A stretch of 64,000 nt of DNA. Origin: Amoebophrya sp. A120. Taxonomy: Eukaryota > Protista > Dinoflagellata. The position numbers and the translations under genes are program-made. Location: NCBI GenBank assembly GCA_905178155.1, contig CAJINV010000003.1, forward strand, positions 3,901,600-3,965,599, written 5' to 3'. A model generated the notes under the pieces. The model was not told the DNA's origin and ran no database searches. It saw only the letters and a list, made by a program, of their open reading frames with translations. Below, in pieces: positions 1 through 12,763 of this stretch. Position 1 is the first letter of the stretch; the number at the start of each line of letters is the position of its first letter.

Positions 1-1945
1 AGTAGAACCTGAAGCGGTGCAGCCCGCTCCAGCTGCGCCGGTTGAAAAGGAGTCGTCTCTAGAAAAAGAGGACGATAATTGCGTCGACGACGTTGATGAT
101 GATTTGACGGAACCTGAGAGGGATATTCCAGAAAGCACGAGCACGCCACGAGTTATCACCACAAAGCGGCTCGAGCCGGAATCCTTCGACAAAAACGCGG
201 CGGAAAGCCGGCAGGTACTCGTTCGATCGGAGAAGTACACGCTGTTGTTGATCTATTTTGATTTCCGCGCAAGGTCTATAAATATGAGTTTTCGTTCCCT
301 ATTAAGTTTCGGGTAGCACATAGTACAAATGTGCTATACAGCTGCACCTTTCTCAGGTTGTTGCCGACGAAGCCACCGAGGCCGCTCGCGGGGAGGAGAA
401 ACGCAAATGCGACGCACCCACGGGAGACGGTATTAGTTTGGTTTATTTTTTGATCGATTGTGATTTGCTCTTGTTGCCGCGATATAATATGTGATTCGTC
501 TGCTCGGTGAAGTTTTACTTCTTTCACTTTGACAAAAAAGGTGAAGAAGATAATGCGGACGAGACGACTGACTCAGCCACGAAGGTGGATGAGGATGCCC
601 CTAGTCAGGCCGCATCAGAAGCGAAAGAGGGTAAGTAATTGGACTTGCCGCGTTCATCTCTAAATCATGCGCATGCTCACTTTATACTAGTAGTATCATG
701 ACCACATTGACATTCATCGCTGAGAGATGGTAAGCTCCAATGTGGAGACTCGTGGAGAAATATGTGAGTTGAACTCAATCGAGAGCCGACTATTAGATAT
801 GATGAAACGGATCGAAATAAAACGGCAATCATGATAAAATCAGCCTCTAGCGCGCCGGCAACAAAGCCAGCGAGTAACAAGCCAACGAAGAAAAAATTGA
901 AGACGAAAACCGCAAGACAACAGGCAGCGGACGAGAAGGCTTTGGCGGAGGCACTGGTCTTGGCAGAAAAAGCGCGGAAGGATTTGGAAAAAGGTATCAA
1001 GTACTTAAACACATCATGTGCTATTGCAGCGCGGGAAATTCTTCCTAGTGCTGCGCTTCATTTTTTTCCACGACGGGGCGCGCGCTATATTCAATCCACA
1101 AGGATATGATTATGAAAACCTAGCAGTTACTATACTACTCCTTGCTATGCAAGTATAACCAATCACGCACGAAATACCGGTAGGGATAGCGTTCCGAAAA
1201 ATATAAACAGACCCTGCAGCGAGCAAAGTGCCGGCGAAGAAGGAGGAGACGAAAGCGGAACGACGCAAAAAGAAGGAAAACTACCAGGCCATAGCTCGCG
1301 AGAAACGACGAGCAGAGCGCGAAGCCGCGGAATCAGAAGCGCAGTATCGGTTTATTTTTGTATATGTTTTTCTTTTTTGTTGTATGTCAGCACAGTTGTG
1401 ATAGTAGCGACTTACTAGTTGTGATAGTTAATCTTCAGCACGCCGAGATGTAGCACACAGAGGTTTGTCACAGACAGCGTGATGCACAAGATTTCGAGTT
1501 GGCTCAAATTCTTGGTTCACTTTGTGATATGAAGAACCTGGCCGACGAAATGAAAGCTATGCATAGCGAGACACTTTCATCTGTGCCCCTGCGGCACAGC
1601 AGAACTCGAGTCGACACCGAAAGTGAAAACAACCGGGGCCGGGACTGCGACGGTCTCGTCGTCCAGAGGAGCATTTTATGGATTCAGATTCACTTTTAAA
1701 GCAATAATCGCCCTGTAACTTCTTGACTCCACAGCTTAAAGAAAGAGAAGACCCAGCAAAACGAGATCGTAAGGCTGTTCAAAGAGCATAATTATAGCGA
1801 GGGCAGCCCGCCAAGCTGGATGGGCGAGGACGATAACGAGGACAGCACACAGGCACTGATAGATTCCTTAACCAGCGGAGCAAACACAACGCACTCCTTC
1901 GGGCCGTATCAGCAGATGCAAAAACTTTTATGGAAGCAGAACTGA
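1..1945 (+). CDS. 3' part of a multi-exon hypothetical protein (Glu/Lys/Ala-rich); gene begins before the window
   Basis: GC-richer charged exons (ORFs 17..316 and 831..1109, plus exons at about 1211-1349 and 1735-1945) are separated by AT-rich GT-AG introns. The join tat cg|GT..AG|c tta aag gives YRLKKEK. TGA at 1943-1945. No recognisable domain. Confidence 0.5.
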
Positions 1946-2188
1946 TTCGATCGCTTCACTTCGATCAGCTGGTGCGTATCGCCCCGTCTTGGAAAATAAA
2001 CAGGCTATCCAACATAGTATAGCGAGATCTTGACTGGAAACGACGCACGCATGAAAAATTGAATGCATAGTCGTGAAGATGAATAAGAAGGAGCAATGAG
2101 TTCTTCATCTGGACAGTGTACGTTATTGGAATCGCAGAAGGCCTCGTTTGCAGCACACCATCTTCGGTTTCTGAAAGAGACGTTTTGA

Positions 2189-3058
2189 AGATGTTCGCTA
2201 GTGGAGCGACGAATCAGTTACCTTGGTGGATATCCCAACCGCGACGGCGAGCCAGCGAGCCGGATCTACGACTTTTCCAGTGAAACCTTGGTGCTGAGCA
2301 AGGTCACTGACAATTGGGAAAATGCAAACGGCATGATGATATCCTGTGCAAAAGTATCGCACTCGTAGTAGTTGCCTTTGTGCATAATTACCAAGGTAAA
2401 TCAGCATGCTGGGCTAGTTTGTAATGCAATTTATACTGATGCGATGGGATGGTTTTGCACTGTATAGATGAACGGGTCGTCCAGCTCCACGCCGTCTACT
2501 ACGACAACCCAGTCTTCGGCATTGTCGCGGGGTATGCAAACCTCCCTCCGGGATGCGCAGGGCGAGCCGTTCCACGGGTCCGCAGCGCAGTTCCACGGGT
2601 CCGCACCGCAGAAGCATCTGCATCAGCTGTTTTCGTCGTTGACCGATAGTACTAGCGTTGGAGGTGCGGGCACAACTACAAGCAACGACACGTCGTCGTT
2701 GCAGCAGGAGATGAACTACAACCCCACAAATAATACTTCTTCCTCGTTCAGCAGGCTCGACCGCGACCGGCGAATACAGGCGGGGCAGCCAGTCGTTGGA
2801 CCGTTGCCACCCCCTGGAGATAGTAGTATCTTTGGTGGATCCTCTTCACGCAAGAGCAGTAGAAGGCGGTCGAAGCCTAATATGGTAGTACCCGAACTGG
2901 TAGCTACCAGCAACACTTCGGGCACGAGCTCCGGCACGAGCCACCTCGTCTTCAAGAAGCGGGGCGACGATGGATCGGCAAAATTGCCCTCGAGGAGGAC
3001 CAGTGGCAGCGCAAAACGAAACTCTGGCGATCACAAGAGCAAGACCAAAGCGGATTAA
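2189..3058 (+). CDS. Ser/Thr-rich hypothetical protein segment interrupted by one TIR element
   Basis: ORF 2468..3058 extends about 50 codons upstream (..RIYDFSSETLVLSKVTDNWENANGMMNGSSS..) once element 2340-2466 and one GATGA copy are removed. True start and end are uncertain. Confidence 0.45.
2340..2466. mobile_element. Short degenerate TIR introner-like element (127 bp), DR GATGA
   Basis: Left end TATCCTGTGCAAAAGTATCGCA; reverse complement of right end TATACAGTGCAAAACCATCCCA. GATGA at 2335-2339 and 2467-2471. Contains an in-frame stop; excision rejoins the frame. Confidence 0.7.
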
Positions 3059-4542
3059 ATTTGTTCCAGTCCTCGGGCAAGCAACGCTGCACCCGACATC
3101 AGGACCTCGTCGCACCCTCCACAAGGAATCCGACCCGGCGAAGCAAAGCCAAACTTTCCGGTACACCTGGATCGCTGAGCTGCTTCACAATGAAAAGAGG
3201 CAACCGCGGGACGAGGAGAAATTAGTACGTAGGAAAAGTAAATAAACAGTACACAATTAGTTTAGAAGTTTGAGTACGTCGAGCGCTTAGAAGTGCCTCT
3301 TTTTTGCGGTAAAAAAGACCAAGAGACGATTTATTGAAAGTCAAATGAACATAGCAATGAATAAGATACTAGCTCGTCGCGACAAAAGCAATTCCGATGT
3401 GCTACTTAAGTTGATCTTAGATAAACGAATTCTGAAAAAAAATCCAGCGGCCACTCCAAACGCATCGCAACCCCGGTTGCAAATGCGATTGTGATGGTAG
3501 AAGAGTCCTGGCTCTGGCTGAATGACACTTCGTAAATAAAAAGCGACAATGCAAAAATGCAAAACTTGCGTAAAAACTTAATGAGCCACACAACCTGGTT
3601 GCGCTTTCTTATTTTTTATTCCTGCATCTCTAGTGTTTCATCTTTCACACAACATCGTCGCACTCTTAAAGTTCCGGTACGCCAATCCCCATACTATGCT
3701 ATGCCAAATCCTATCTAATGAAATAGTTGCTCATTGTGACAATTGTTTTGTCTTGCAATGTACCGAAAACGACCTGTGCCCTCCTCTATTTCATTTAAGT
3801 AGCTTCAAAATGTTTTTTCTACCACCACGAACGGTCGTGAATCCTTTCGCCAGAAAAGAAACCATCATAGTTTGAAAAAATATAAAAAGAATGTCAATCT
3901 CAATGCTCGAAAGTCTTGCTTTTCGAGGATATTTCTTCGATAATTGGCAGCTCCTGCTCTCTTAAGCTGAGTTAGTGATGGTCGCCACATCCTTCTTCAC
4001 TATCGAATGTCTAAGTCTTTTACAACTTTCAAATATTTCACTTTATCCATGAAAATGATAAAGGAGCGAGTCAAAAGATTGTCTAGCAGCATGGCGAATA
4101 TGTTTCGCGGCGTAGTTTTCTTTGTTTTCTTTACTTGTGCACTCTTCGTTTAGGTTTTTCCTCCTGAAGAAACGAAATCACACTTGAAAAACTTTTGTAA
4201 CGTAGTTTCTACTTAGAACTAGAGCGGTTGCGGTTCCCCGCGGTTCTTTCTTGTCAAAAGGTAGCAGTGTGCCCACTAAACCGTCTTGACAACTGAAGCA
4301 TTTGTGCTTCTGCATTTGTTTCAGCTTTGGTAGTTTTTGAGTTTCAATGTGTGCGTCCGTGTTGCCAATTCTTCGCCGACGACTCTGGCTCATCGTTTTG
4401 TCGGACCTCCGGCACTCCAGAAAAGCGAAAAGGAAAATTATACCAGATGTAGTTGTCCAAAATGTCATGCAGGACTAGATCGCTTTCCGATTCCGAAGCA
4501 GCGGCTGCAAAACTTCCATGATTAAAAAACACACACAAACAG

Positions 4543-4948
4543 ATCCCGGATGAAAAAGAATATGGCGAAGCAAGTATTACAGTGAAAAATGCCCCCACCC
4601 CAGAACTTGGCAGAGTCTGTGTTGCAAACTTTCCCAATAGAAACATTCCCCGTCTTGCATAATTCAGCATCACAAATTTCTAATGCGGAACAGCTAAAAT
4701 TTGTGTTGCGCGAGAGCCCAGCAGCAGCCGGGGCTGTCATGTACTTATATTTATAAGATGCCTTACTCGCCTAGGTTCCGCATCAGAAAGAGTCATAGTC
4801 CTTTCATGCAAGACAAAAAGTTTTCTTCTGGAAACTTTGCATCAGAAATTTTTGCAAAATCCGGGGTGGGGGCATTTTTTCTTTTGATAGCAAGTCCAGG
4901 AGGAGGATCCCGAATACGAGCGTCAGCGCCGCCTAACAAACGCTTTAG
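4543..4948 (+). CDS. Putative internal exon split by a TIR element (..MKKNMAKQ|VQEEDPEYERQRRLTNALG)
   Basis: Acceptor acacacaaacAG at 4542 and donor ttag|GTagtt at 4949. The frame is open only after removing 4575-4889 plus one GCAAG. Which gene it belongs to is unresolved. Confidence 0.45.
4575..4889. mobile_element. TIR introner-like element, family C (315 bp), DR GCAAG
   Basis: Left TATTACAGTGAAAAATGCCCCCACCCCAGA; right reverse complement TATCAAAAGAAAAAATGCCCCCACCCCGGA. GCAAG at 4570-4574 and 4890-4894. Internal GCATCACA/GCATCAGA motifs. TIR and length resemble 54187-54502. Confidence 0.85.
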
Positions 4949-5884
4949 GTAGTTTAACATATAATTCCTGTTGTTTCTTCGTTTTCTTGAATTGATGGCC
5001 TGTTTTCACTTCCAATAAACCACCGTGTAGCAGGTTGTCGTGAAGAAGTAAACGTATGTAGTCGTAGTAAGTACTTATTTTGAACCTGCGAAGCAGCTGG
5101 ATTACGATTATGGTATGAAATGATACAAGAACAAGATTTCTTGTCGCATCTGGTATTAATCTGCACCCCGGTGGTCTAGAGCTAGGCGGTTCTTGGCAAC
5201 ACCGAGACAAAGAACGCTCAATGAATGATAGGAAATTAGCAAAAAGATGTCCTCTCAGAGCAACTGCGGAACAGTTCGAGACGAGCCTCGTGTTGGATTC
5301 TGCTGCAGTAGGCGCCTGGCGGCGAAGACCATGACCTAGTGCGCGCGGCTTCGACATGCTGGAGAAGCTTGTTTCCGGTTCCCCTGGGGGCTTGCTCGTG
5401 AAGCATAATCGGAGCTGCCCGGATATGATTGTCGGACAGCAAAGGACAGCATTGACTTGATATTGGTTTTCTTGTGCCAGACGAAAAATGAACAATTGTC
5501 TACTTTCGAATTTCTGTAATTTTTCAAGACCAAGTTTTATGAATATGAATGTCTTCAAGAACAAGAGTTTCAGATTCAGAATGTCCTCTTTTGCGCATAA
5601 CGTTGCTTTTGATCACGATACTAGTGTCACAAGATTCATGAAAAATGGTAACAGTTGTCTCAAACCGAAAGGTCGTTCGTACCCTCTACAGAACGTGGCG
5701 TGTATCAATCTTCATTGAGTTGATTAATTTGTGGGTTTGAGATATAACCCTGTCACTGTCAGAGATTATTTTTGCTCCCTCTCATGGATGTAAATTCTAA
5801 TTTTATCTTGCCAACGGCAGCCCTACATTGGGTCATTACAACGACCTTTCACCCCGGCCCTGCAACACGTTCTTTCCTACTTCC

Positions 5885-8800
5885 ATGGAGTATGCGAAGA
5901 ATTCATTGCTCTTTTCTACCGCTGCAAGGGAGAGAGAGAGACGAGAAAGCAAGAGGAATACGAGAGGGAACATCAGATCAGAGCGCCACGCGGACGTGAC
6001 CACTGAACGCAGGGACGACCTTGAGGGTCAGGAGCCTCCCCTTTCTTCGGAGAGGCATGAGCGAGACCCACTTTTGAGTAGCGCAAAGTGTCAGCGTCAC
6101 TGGTGTGCCCGATGAGTGGAGTAAGAGAAGGACCTCATTCAAAGTTTCCAAAGAGTATGAGTGGCGAGTTTGCTCTTTTCTCTTGGAGAAATAACGTCGA
6201 CGCGAATATGTAGGTCAATGACGCGGGAAATATTAAAATCAGGTAACCCCACGACGCGCATCCACGGACTTGGGCCGGATAGTTGGCGCGACCAGGTGCA
6301 ATCCCACGCCGTTTTTCCCAATCACCATCCTCCCCAATTGTACCAGGGCTTGTTGCTACCGAAAGACAAAAACGAGGAGACGCTGAAGAGTCTGTACCAA
6401 GGGTCGTCGCGGCCGAGGGCCCAGCTGCTTCACCCTCACGCTGGCCACCACCATCTGTGGCACCAGATGCAGCAGGCACATCAAAACCAAGCCCGGGAAA
6501 GCAGCGGTGACGATGAAGACGTGGACGTCGGTAGCTTCGTGGCCCAAAAGTATGTAACTGGGACCAGCAGTATCGAATGCAAATATGTCTGGGTCTGGGA
6601 GATTCGATTGCAACTTGTCATGCGAAATTTGAATCATGCAAAAATCCGTGTTGCTTGAGTGCCAAAAGCAGTCCACTTTCGACGAAGCTGGGACGGAGTT
6701 TCTCATGCAGGAGAGGCATGACGATGACACAGAGACAGACATCACAGAGTCTGTCATGCTTGGTCCCGCATTCCAGACCTCATGGATCATGGAAGACCTG
6801 CATGACAAGTGTACACACTTCCAGACCCAGACATTTTTGCAATCCATAAGCAGCCGGTTGTACGGAGCTTCGGGCAGCACGAGCAGCAGGATCGTGGAAA
6901 ACCCGTCCTGGCAAAGTCGTTTTTCCACTACCTCACATATTCGGAAGCCGACGGCGGGCCGGGATTCGTCGGACTCGGAGGAGGAGCAGAGCGAAACAAA
7001 AATTATGAACAAGGCTTTGGTATCCTGTGCGAAAAATATTACCACCTCTGATCTGCCACATTCTGTGCATCGTTCGAAAGAAGCTACAATGTATGACAGG
7101 GCACGTGCTGACTGCCCAGGGCTGTCTGTCACCGCACAGTGACGAGAGCTGACCAGTCTGTGGACGAAGTAGCTTCCTCGGTAAAATTTGTCTTCTGTGC
7201 AGTCGTGAAGTTGCGGTGATGCGGTCATACATCGCTGACTACGTACATGATATTCGTCTTCGCGAGCTTTGTTTTTGCACAACGAATGCTGCCGCTGGCA
7301 GGGTGAGTCGTGTTTCTGCATTTGAGGATAGCTTGCTCAAAACCCAGGTGCCCTCCCTTGTCTGATGCGTCAAACCGCATATCATGACCGGCAGATGAAG
7401 CAGATGGGTCAGGCTATGTCAAAGAGGAACGAGAACGCAATCCACACTAATAATGAAGAAGAGGAAGAGGATATCACCCGCACAATCGACCGCATACGTG
7501 AAGTGGCAAGAAAGAACGGGAAGATCGACCCGACCCACATGCCGGACCATCCCATCAACATCGCCGAAGGTACGATGAGCGGTTTCCTCACGAGGACCAG
7601 CGATTCCTCGTCCTCGCCCGGGACGACCACGACCAGGACGGGTGCAACTACGTCCTCGCGGCAGCCGCGTCCACGGGTGCAGCACAAGCTTGAGCCCCTG
7701 GATCCCATTCAGCAAAACGTGGCCAAGCTTTTGATGGCAGAGACACAGAAGACGAGCATGGCCGCAGCAGAGACAGGGTTGCTGACCTCCAGCAGCGTGG
7801 ACGTGACGAAAATTAGCAAAAAGATGGCAGAAGAGGTTCCCCGCGATGAGCACGTGGTGGACGAGGAGTTGATGAAAATGCTGAGCTCCAGCAAAAGGGT
7901 ACGTTCGCATCTCAACATTGACGGAGACAGTGCCGCGGCAAAGAACATGATCGACAGCGACGCGGGCGAACGGCAGTACCGCGTAAACAAGGAGAACAAC
8001 AATTATGGCACCGCGGATGAGATCAACATGAACAAGCGGGACGAAACAAGCAAACCGATAGTACCGAAGTTCGCAACCCGGGCTGCTCAGCTGCAAAACA
8101 GTCGCGCTGGTGGTGGCAACCATTTCATGCCCACCACGAGAAACGCGAACCCCCTCCAGGCCGCATGCAGTGCGATCCAGCTGAAGCCGTCCAAAACGAC
8201 CGGTACACTCACGTTTTCCCGTCGGGAAGTGGAAGTGCTTAAGCACGAAAGCACCACCAGCGAAGAAGAGGAGGACATCATGGAAAACAAAGAAAAGCAT
8301 AACAAGGAGACAAATACTTCTAGTGAGAACAACTACAAGCAGAAGAATGACACCAGCACGCTGAACATGAAAAAGTCCTCGCTTGTTGACGAACCGACGA
8401 AGAACGATGAGGTGGAGGAGGTAAAAATAAATCAGAGAAAAAATGTCATCAAGTGTAGTACAACGGACCGTTCTATCAAATGTAAAAATGTCTGGGTCTG
8501 GAAGATTCTGAGACTTGTCATGCATGTTTTGCCTCGGCCATGATGTCTGTGATGCATGCCCTAGCATCACAGATTTTTTGAGGGCTTCGCGATGCCTCTT
8601 CCGCATGACAAATGCCCTCTCCGCGTAGCAAGAATTACACTCCCTTTGCTGCTCATGCAATACAGATTTTTTTGGAATCCAAATTCAGCATCACAAGTTG
8701 CATTCTTCCAGACCCAGACATTTTTACATTTGATACGTTCGGATGTTGAACAGCGGCAGGCGCGATCCGCACTGCGGATGGCGTATCAACTGCAAAAATG

Positions 8801-10349
8801 TCTGGGTCTGGAAGATTGCAACTTGTCATGCTGTTTTTGGACTCTAAAAAAATTTGCATTGCATGACCAGCAAGAGGGGCGCGCTTTGTGCTACACGGGC
8901 ATGGCATTTCTGATGCGGAAGGTGCATCAGGAAGCCCTCTAAAAGTCTGCGACGCTAGGTCATGCATTACAGGCATCATGGGTCATGAGAAATATGCATG
9001 ACAAATCTTGCATTCTTCCAGACCCAGACACTTTTGCATTTCATATGGCGAGTTACAAGCGACTCGGGGTAGTTCCCGCTGTGAACGATGGTCCCCCATA
9101 CGACCTCGATGAGCAGGCTCTGAAAAGAGAGAACGTGAAATACGCGCCCACGACCTCCGACCGCGCTTTGTGTCCCTTGAGCCAAGGGAATTATCTTTTT
9201 GAAAAAGATAAAGAAGCGAATGATGTTGAACAAGACAGCGTAAATTCCGCCGACGAAAGTGCCGTGATAGGTGCCAACGATCGCAATTGGCGACTTTACA
9301 TGGAAGAGGGTTTCAAGATCCGGCCGAAGGGCTCCTCCTCGTACCGCACTACAGGAGGCGCAGCTGCCCGCATTACGGGAGGTGCAGCTTCAAAGACGTC
9401 CACCTCATCTGCGGCCGTTTCTAGTATTCCATCGACGGCAGGACATGCACATCCTGCGGGAACAACGACCACGACGGCCGCAACCAGCAGCATCAAAACT
9501 CTGGGCGGGGGTGTTAAGTCCGTTCAGAGCTGGCGGGGCGAAATCAAGGCTGTCGCGCAGAGGAGGAGGCAGGCGGCTGCACAGGAGGTGGAACATCAAG
9601 CGCAGGCCGCGCAGGAGACTACGCAGTCGGTAGCGGAAAGCTCCGAGGAGTATGTGCAACAGCTGATTACGCGCGTCGTTGCCCAAGCTGCGTCCACCTC
9701 CGCCGCGGCGTGCAGTTCCTGCCCCAGTGATCATGATACAGCCGGAATAGTAGGTGTGGAGCATGGAGTGGACGCCGCGATTGTTAGTGGAGGAGCATCG
9801 TCCTGCGACATAATTTTCGACGAGGATCTCAAATCCCAATCCGGCGACGAGTCCGACCGTGGTCTGCACAACGGTTCTTGTAACGACAGCGACGCGAGCG
9901 GCCACACCATCGCAGAGGGGGACGATTTTTCCCCTTCCGGGGGTCCTCGGCTCGGAAGAACTACGTCTGTCGACTGCTTGTCGGAGAAGACACTCCCAGG
10001 AAAGAGGAATTTTTACACAGGACGAGCGCCGGTAGGCGTCGTGAGACCGCCGGTGACCTCCACGGCGCCCAAACTAGTACCCAGTGGAGCAGCTCGTGGG
10101 GACACCAGCGGCGAGGAGGAACAAGATGTCGGTCTTGTTCCTAGCAAGCAGAACGTAACTATTTCCTCGTCGGAATCGGAGTCTGAGGACAATACCTCCC
10201 AATCGGCGCAATATCTGCGTTTGCATCGTGTGCAAAAGAAGCTGAAAAAGAGGAGCAAAGAAGGCGCAGCCGCCAGGGAGCTGTCGAACTACAGCAACGC
10301 CGAGTCCGCATCTGGATCATCCGTCGACACCCCACCGGCGGGGGCGTGA
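5885..10349 (+). CDS. Large low-complexity hypothetical protein, interrupted by four TIR elements
   Basis: ORFs 6161, 6636, 7365, 8592 and 8985 join into one frame on element excision: ..YVTGTS|SRLYG.., ..TTDRS|DVEQRQARSALRMA|SYKRLG... The 5' end is uncertain. Confidence 0.65.
6571..6848. mobile_element. TIR introner-like element, family A (278 bp), DR AGCAG
   Basis: Left TATCGAATGCAAATATGTCTGGGTCTGG; right CCAGACCCAGACATTTTTGCAATCCATA. AGCAG at 6566-6570 and 6849-6853. Excision restores the frame. Confidence 0.92.
7021..7330. mobile_element. Degenerate TIR element (310 bp) that now fits an in-frame GT-AG intron (7020-7331)
   Basis: Ends are TATCCTGTGCG.. and ..GCATTTGAGGATA. DR is not conserved (TTTGG/GCTTG). 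Decayed internal motifs GTATGACA and GGTGATGC. G|TATCC..GGATA|G gives GT..AG in frame with ORF 7365. Confidence 0.5.
8474..8735. mobile_element. TIR introner-like element, family A (262 bp), DR CGTTC, reverse orientation relative to 8784
   Basis: Perfect 32-bp TIR TATCAAATGTAAAAATGTCTGGGTCTGGAAGA. CGTTC at 8469-8473 and 8736-8740. Confidence 0.95.
8784..9045. mobile_element. TIR introner-like element, family A (262 bp), DR TGGCG
   Basis: Left TATCAACTGCAAAAATGTCTGGGTCTGGAAGA; right TCTTCCAGACCCAGACACTTTTGCATTTCATA. TGGCG at 8779-8783 and 9046-9050. Confidence 0.95.
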
Positions 10350-12763
10350 AAACAAGATGCGACGTCGTGCAAGTGGCTCAGCAAAAGTCGTTGCATCGAG
10401 GTCGTCGATCTTTTGGTTGGCGCGCTCTGCTTTCACGATTTTTTTTTTTTTACGCAGGTCGCAGAATGAAAGAACCATAGATAACCAACGCAAACAATGA
10501 AATTCGTATTCATGATGTCCTCCCACCGCGCAGGAATTCGAGTACGTGGCTGCGCAGGCGCGCGCGCCGATGATATTTGCCGTTGAACATAAGCGAAATT
10601 TGTCAAAGTCAGAAAGTATGTTGTATATCACAGAGACATCAACGGTCTAAATTTTTATCGCGCACCTTTGATGAGATCCATGCCACTAACTTTTATTCTT
10701 TTGCAAACACTAGAATTTGGATTTGCTGTATTTGGATTCACTTGTACTTGCTCACGATGAAACCATCTGCGTTTCGTAGCGCTTATGGGTGGAACATGGG
10801 CTTTATGCTTTTGCATATCTTGCTCCTCTGTTTTGCAGGACTGTAGTCGTCTCGGATCCATGAATTCGGCACTACGCAGACGTTCGATTCAGTACGAGGA
10901 AGCATTTTAAAGTTTTTATTTGGAAATTAAGTATTCAAGTCGCGATGTTGAAGTTGAAGACTCCTTCTATGTGTAAGTATTCGATTCTAGTTTCCCTCTT
11001 TCTTTTTGGTTTTCCGATGAAAAATTGCGGGTTTTTGCTAGGGATGAACCTCGCTACAGATTTAGAAATTTATACGTTTTCAGCAGTTTATTCCTGACTT
11101 CATATTTCGTAACTTTTTGCCTTAGTGTTAACAGCAGCTTCGTTTCGGATTCCGCAACTATGATTGTGAGTCTTGCACCGAAATTTATCAGTACGATTTT
11201 GAAAACAACGAACTACAACATCATGGATTGTAGCCTTGTTTTAAATAATTTTGCGATTGAGTACGTTTTTATACTAATACAGGTCGTCGACGTCGACGAG
11301 GTTTCGTTCTATGCTTCTGTCAAAACAGATTGATATATTCAAGTCTTCGATAAAATTGTCAAGTTTTCAGCGTGTATCGGCAGACACAAACACTAACACA
11401 AAGACCCCAGAACATATCACTTCGAATTTCTTACAACGTTGTAATTTGGAAAAGTTGAAATCAACATAATCAAGGTCAACCACCCAGCACAGGAGAGTCA
11501 ACTTTTGTTGCCCAATTTGACCGGGACTGGCGACGTGACCGGGAAAGATGTATTGCTTTTCTCGATCATGGCACGACATGAAATATCCGGGGGCTGCTAT
11601 GTAGATGAGAATGACTCATAAAAACGAAAAGGAGCAGGACGCTTCCTAATCGGTCCAAGCGCACTTATCTATAGGACTTCTCGGTTTTTTTTTCTACTGG
11701 TCCAAATCGTGATCGGTCGTGGAACGTCTGTATTCGTTCAACAAAACTCAAACTGTATTGGTTCGGTATCGTTCGGCTTGATACTGCCCTGCGACTTCCA
11801 GTTTCAGGCTAACCCGGAAATCCACGAGAGGTCCACACACTATACACAACCAAAGCCAAGGCATCAATCTTTTATGACATGCTTTTTTCGTTTTCTTTAC
11901 ATTGCTTCAGCCTAATTTCACAGAACTCGTTTCTATGAAAGCTTCAGTTCGCAGTTTGTCAGTACAAGTGCTTACTCCTGTCCTCTAATAATCTATCATT
12001 TGATTTTTTTCTGTAATATGCAAGAACGAATACTACAATGGAAGCAACTCGCAAAGACGATGCACACGCACACGCAGCAAAGGTGACAGCTGGACACTTC
12101 GCGTTACACTAATTCGCGGTCCTGGCACGTGCATCGATATTTTTTCACATACAATTTTTCACATGGTCATTTGTTGAGTAATCATAATCACTTTCTTGAA
12201 TTGCGTTTGCGGTGTTCCGCTTGATGTTGATTGTCTGCCAGTGTATATGTAGAAGCTGCTGATTGAAGTGTATGCTGTCAAACACAAAGATCGAGACCCT
12301 CCACACAGCTCGCGGCTCTTGTCCCCAACATCGACCTTTCCGTTGCCAACTTGATCATCCGCACGCCTTTCGTTGATCCGTGACAGAAGTTCAAACTCTT
12401 GATCCCGTCGTGTCGATCACGATTTCTTTGCTGAACCAAAGCATGGCTTTCCTCCAAAAGCCGGATCTACTCACATGGCCTAGTCACGTGGCGATCCCGA
12501 TCGAATTTGCAAGAAGACTTCTTACATGTTATGGCACAATGCGTTCGAAGTCGTGTTAATGTTAAAAAAATCGAGTTCTTCTAGACTGCTACGCATCAGG
12601 GCGGAGCTGTAGCTGTTTACGAAGATTCTTACTGGTTGGTTGAGCTTTATTTGCGAACGTCTCTCAGGGCGGAGCACGCGAACTTTTTTCCTGGTTACTG
12701 TGTCGAAGTGATACGTACCTCTACCTACTCAGACTCCTCCACAAATTTGTGCACGTCCGAAAA

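Noticed and set aside
4344-4950. Minus-strand host gene for element 4575
   Set aside because: A minus frame also opens on excision, but the + strand reading has clear splice sites and matches the orientation of all other genes.
8474-9045. Repeats as a CRISPR array
   Set aside because: The repeats are inverted pairs about 200 bp apart in a eukaryotic gene, with no direct-repeat/spacer periodicity and no cas genes.
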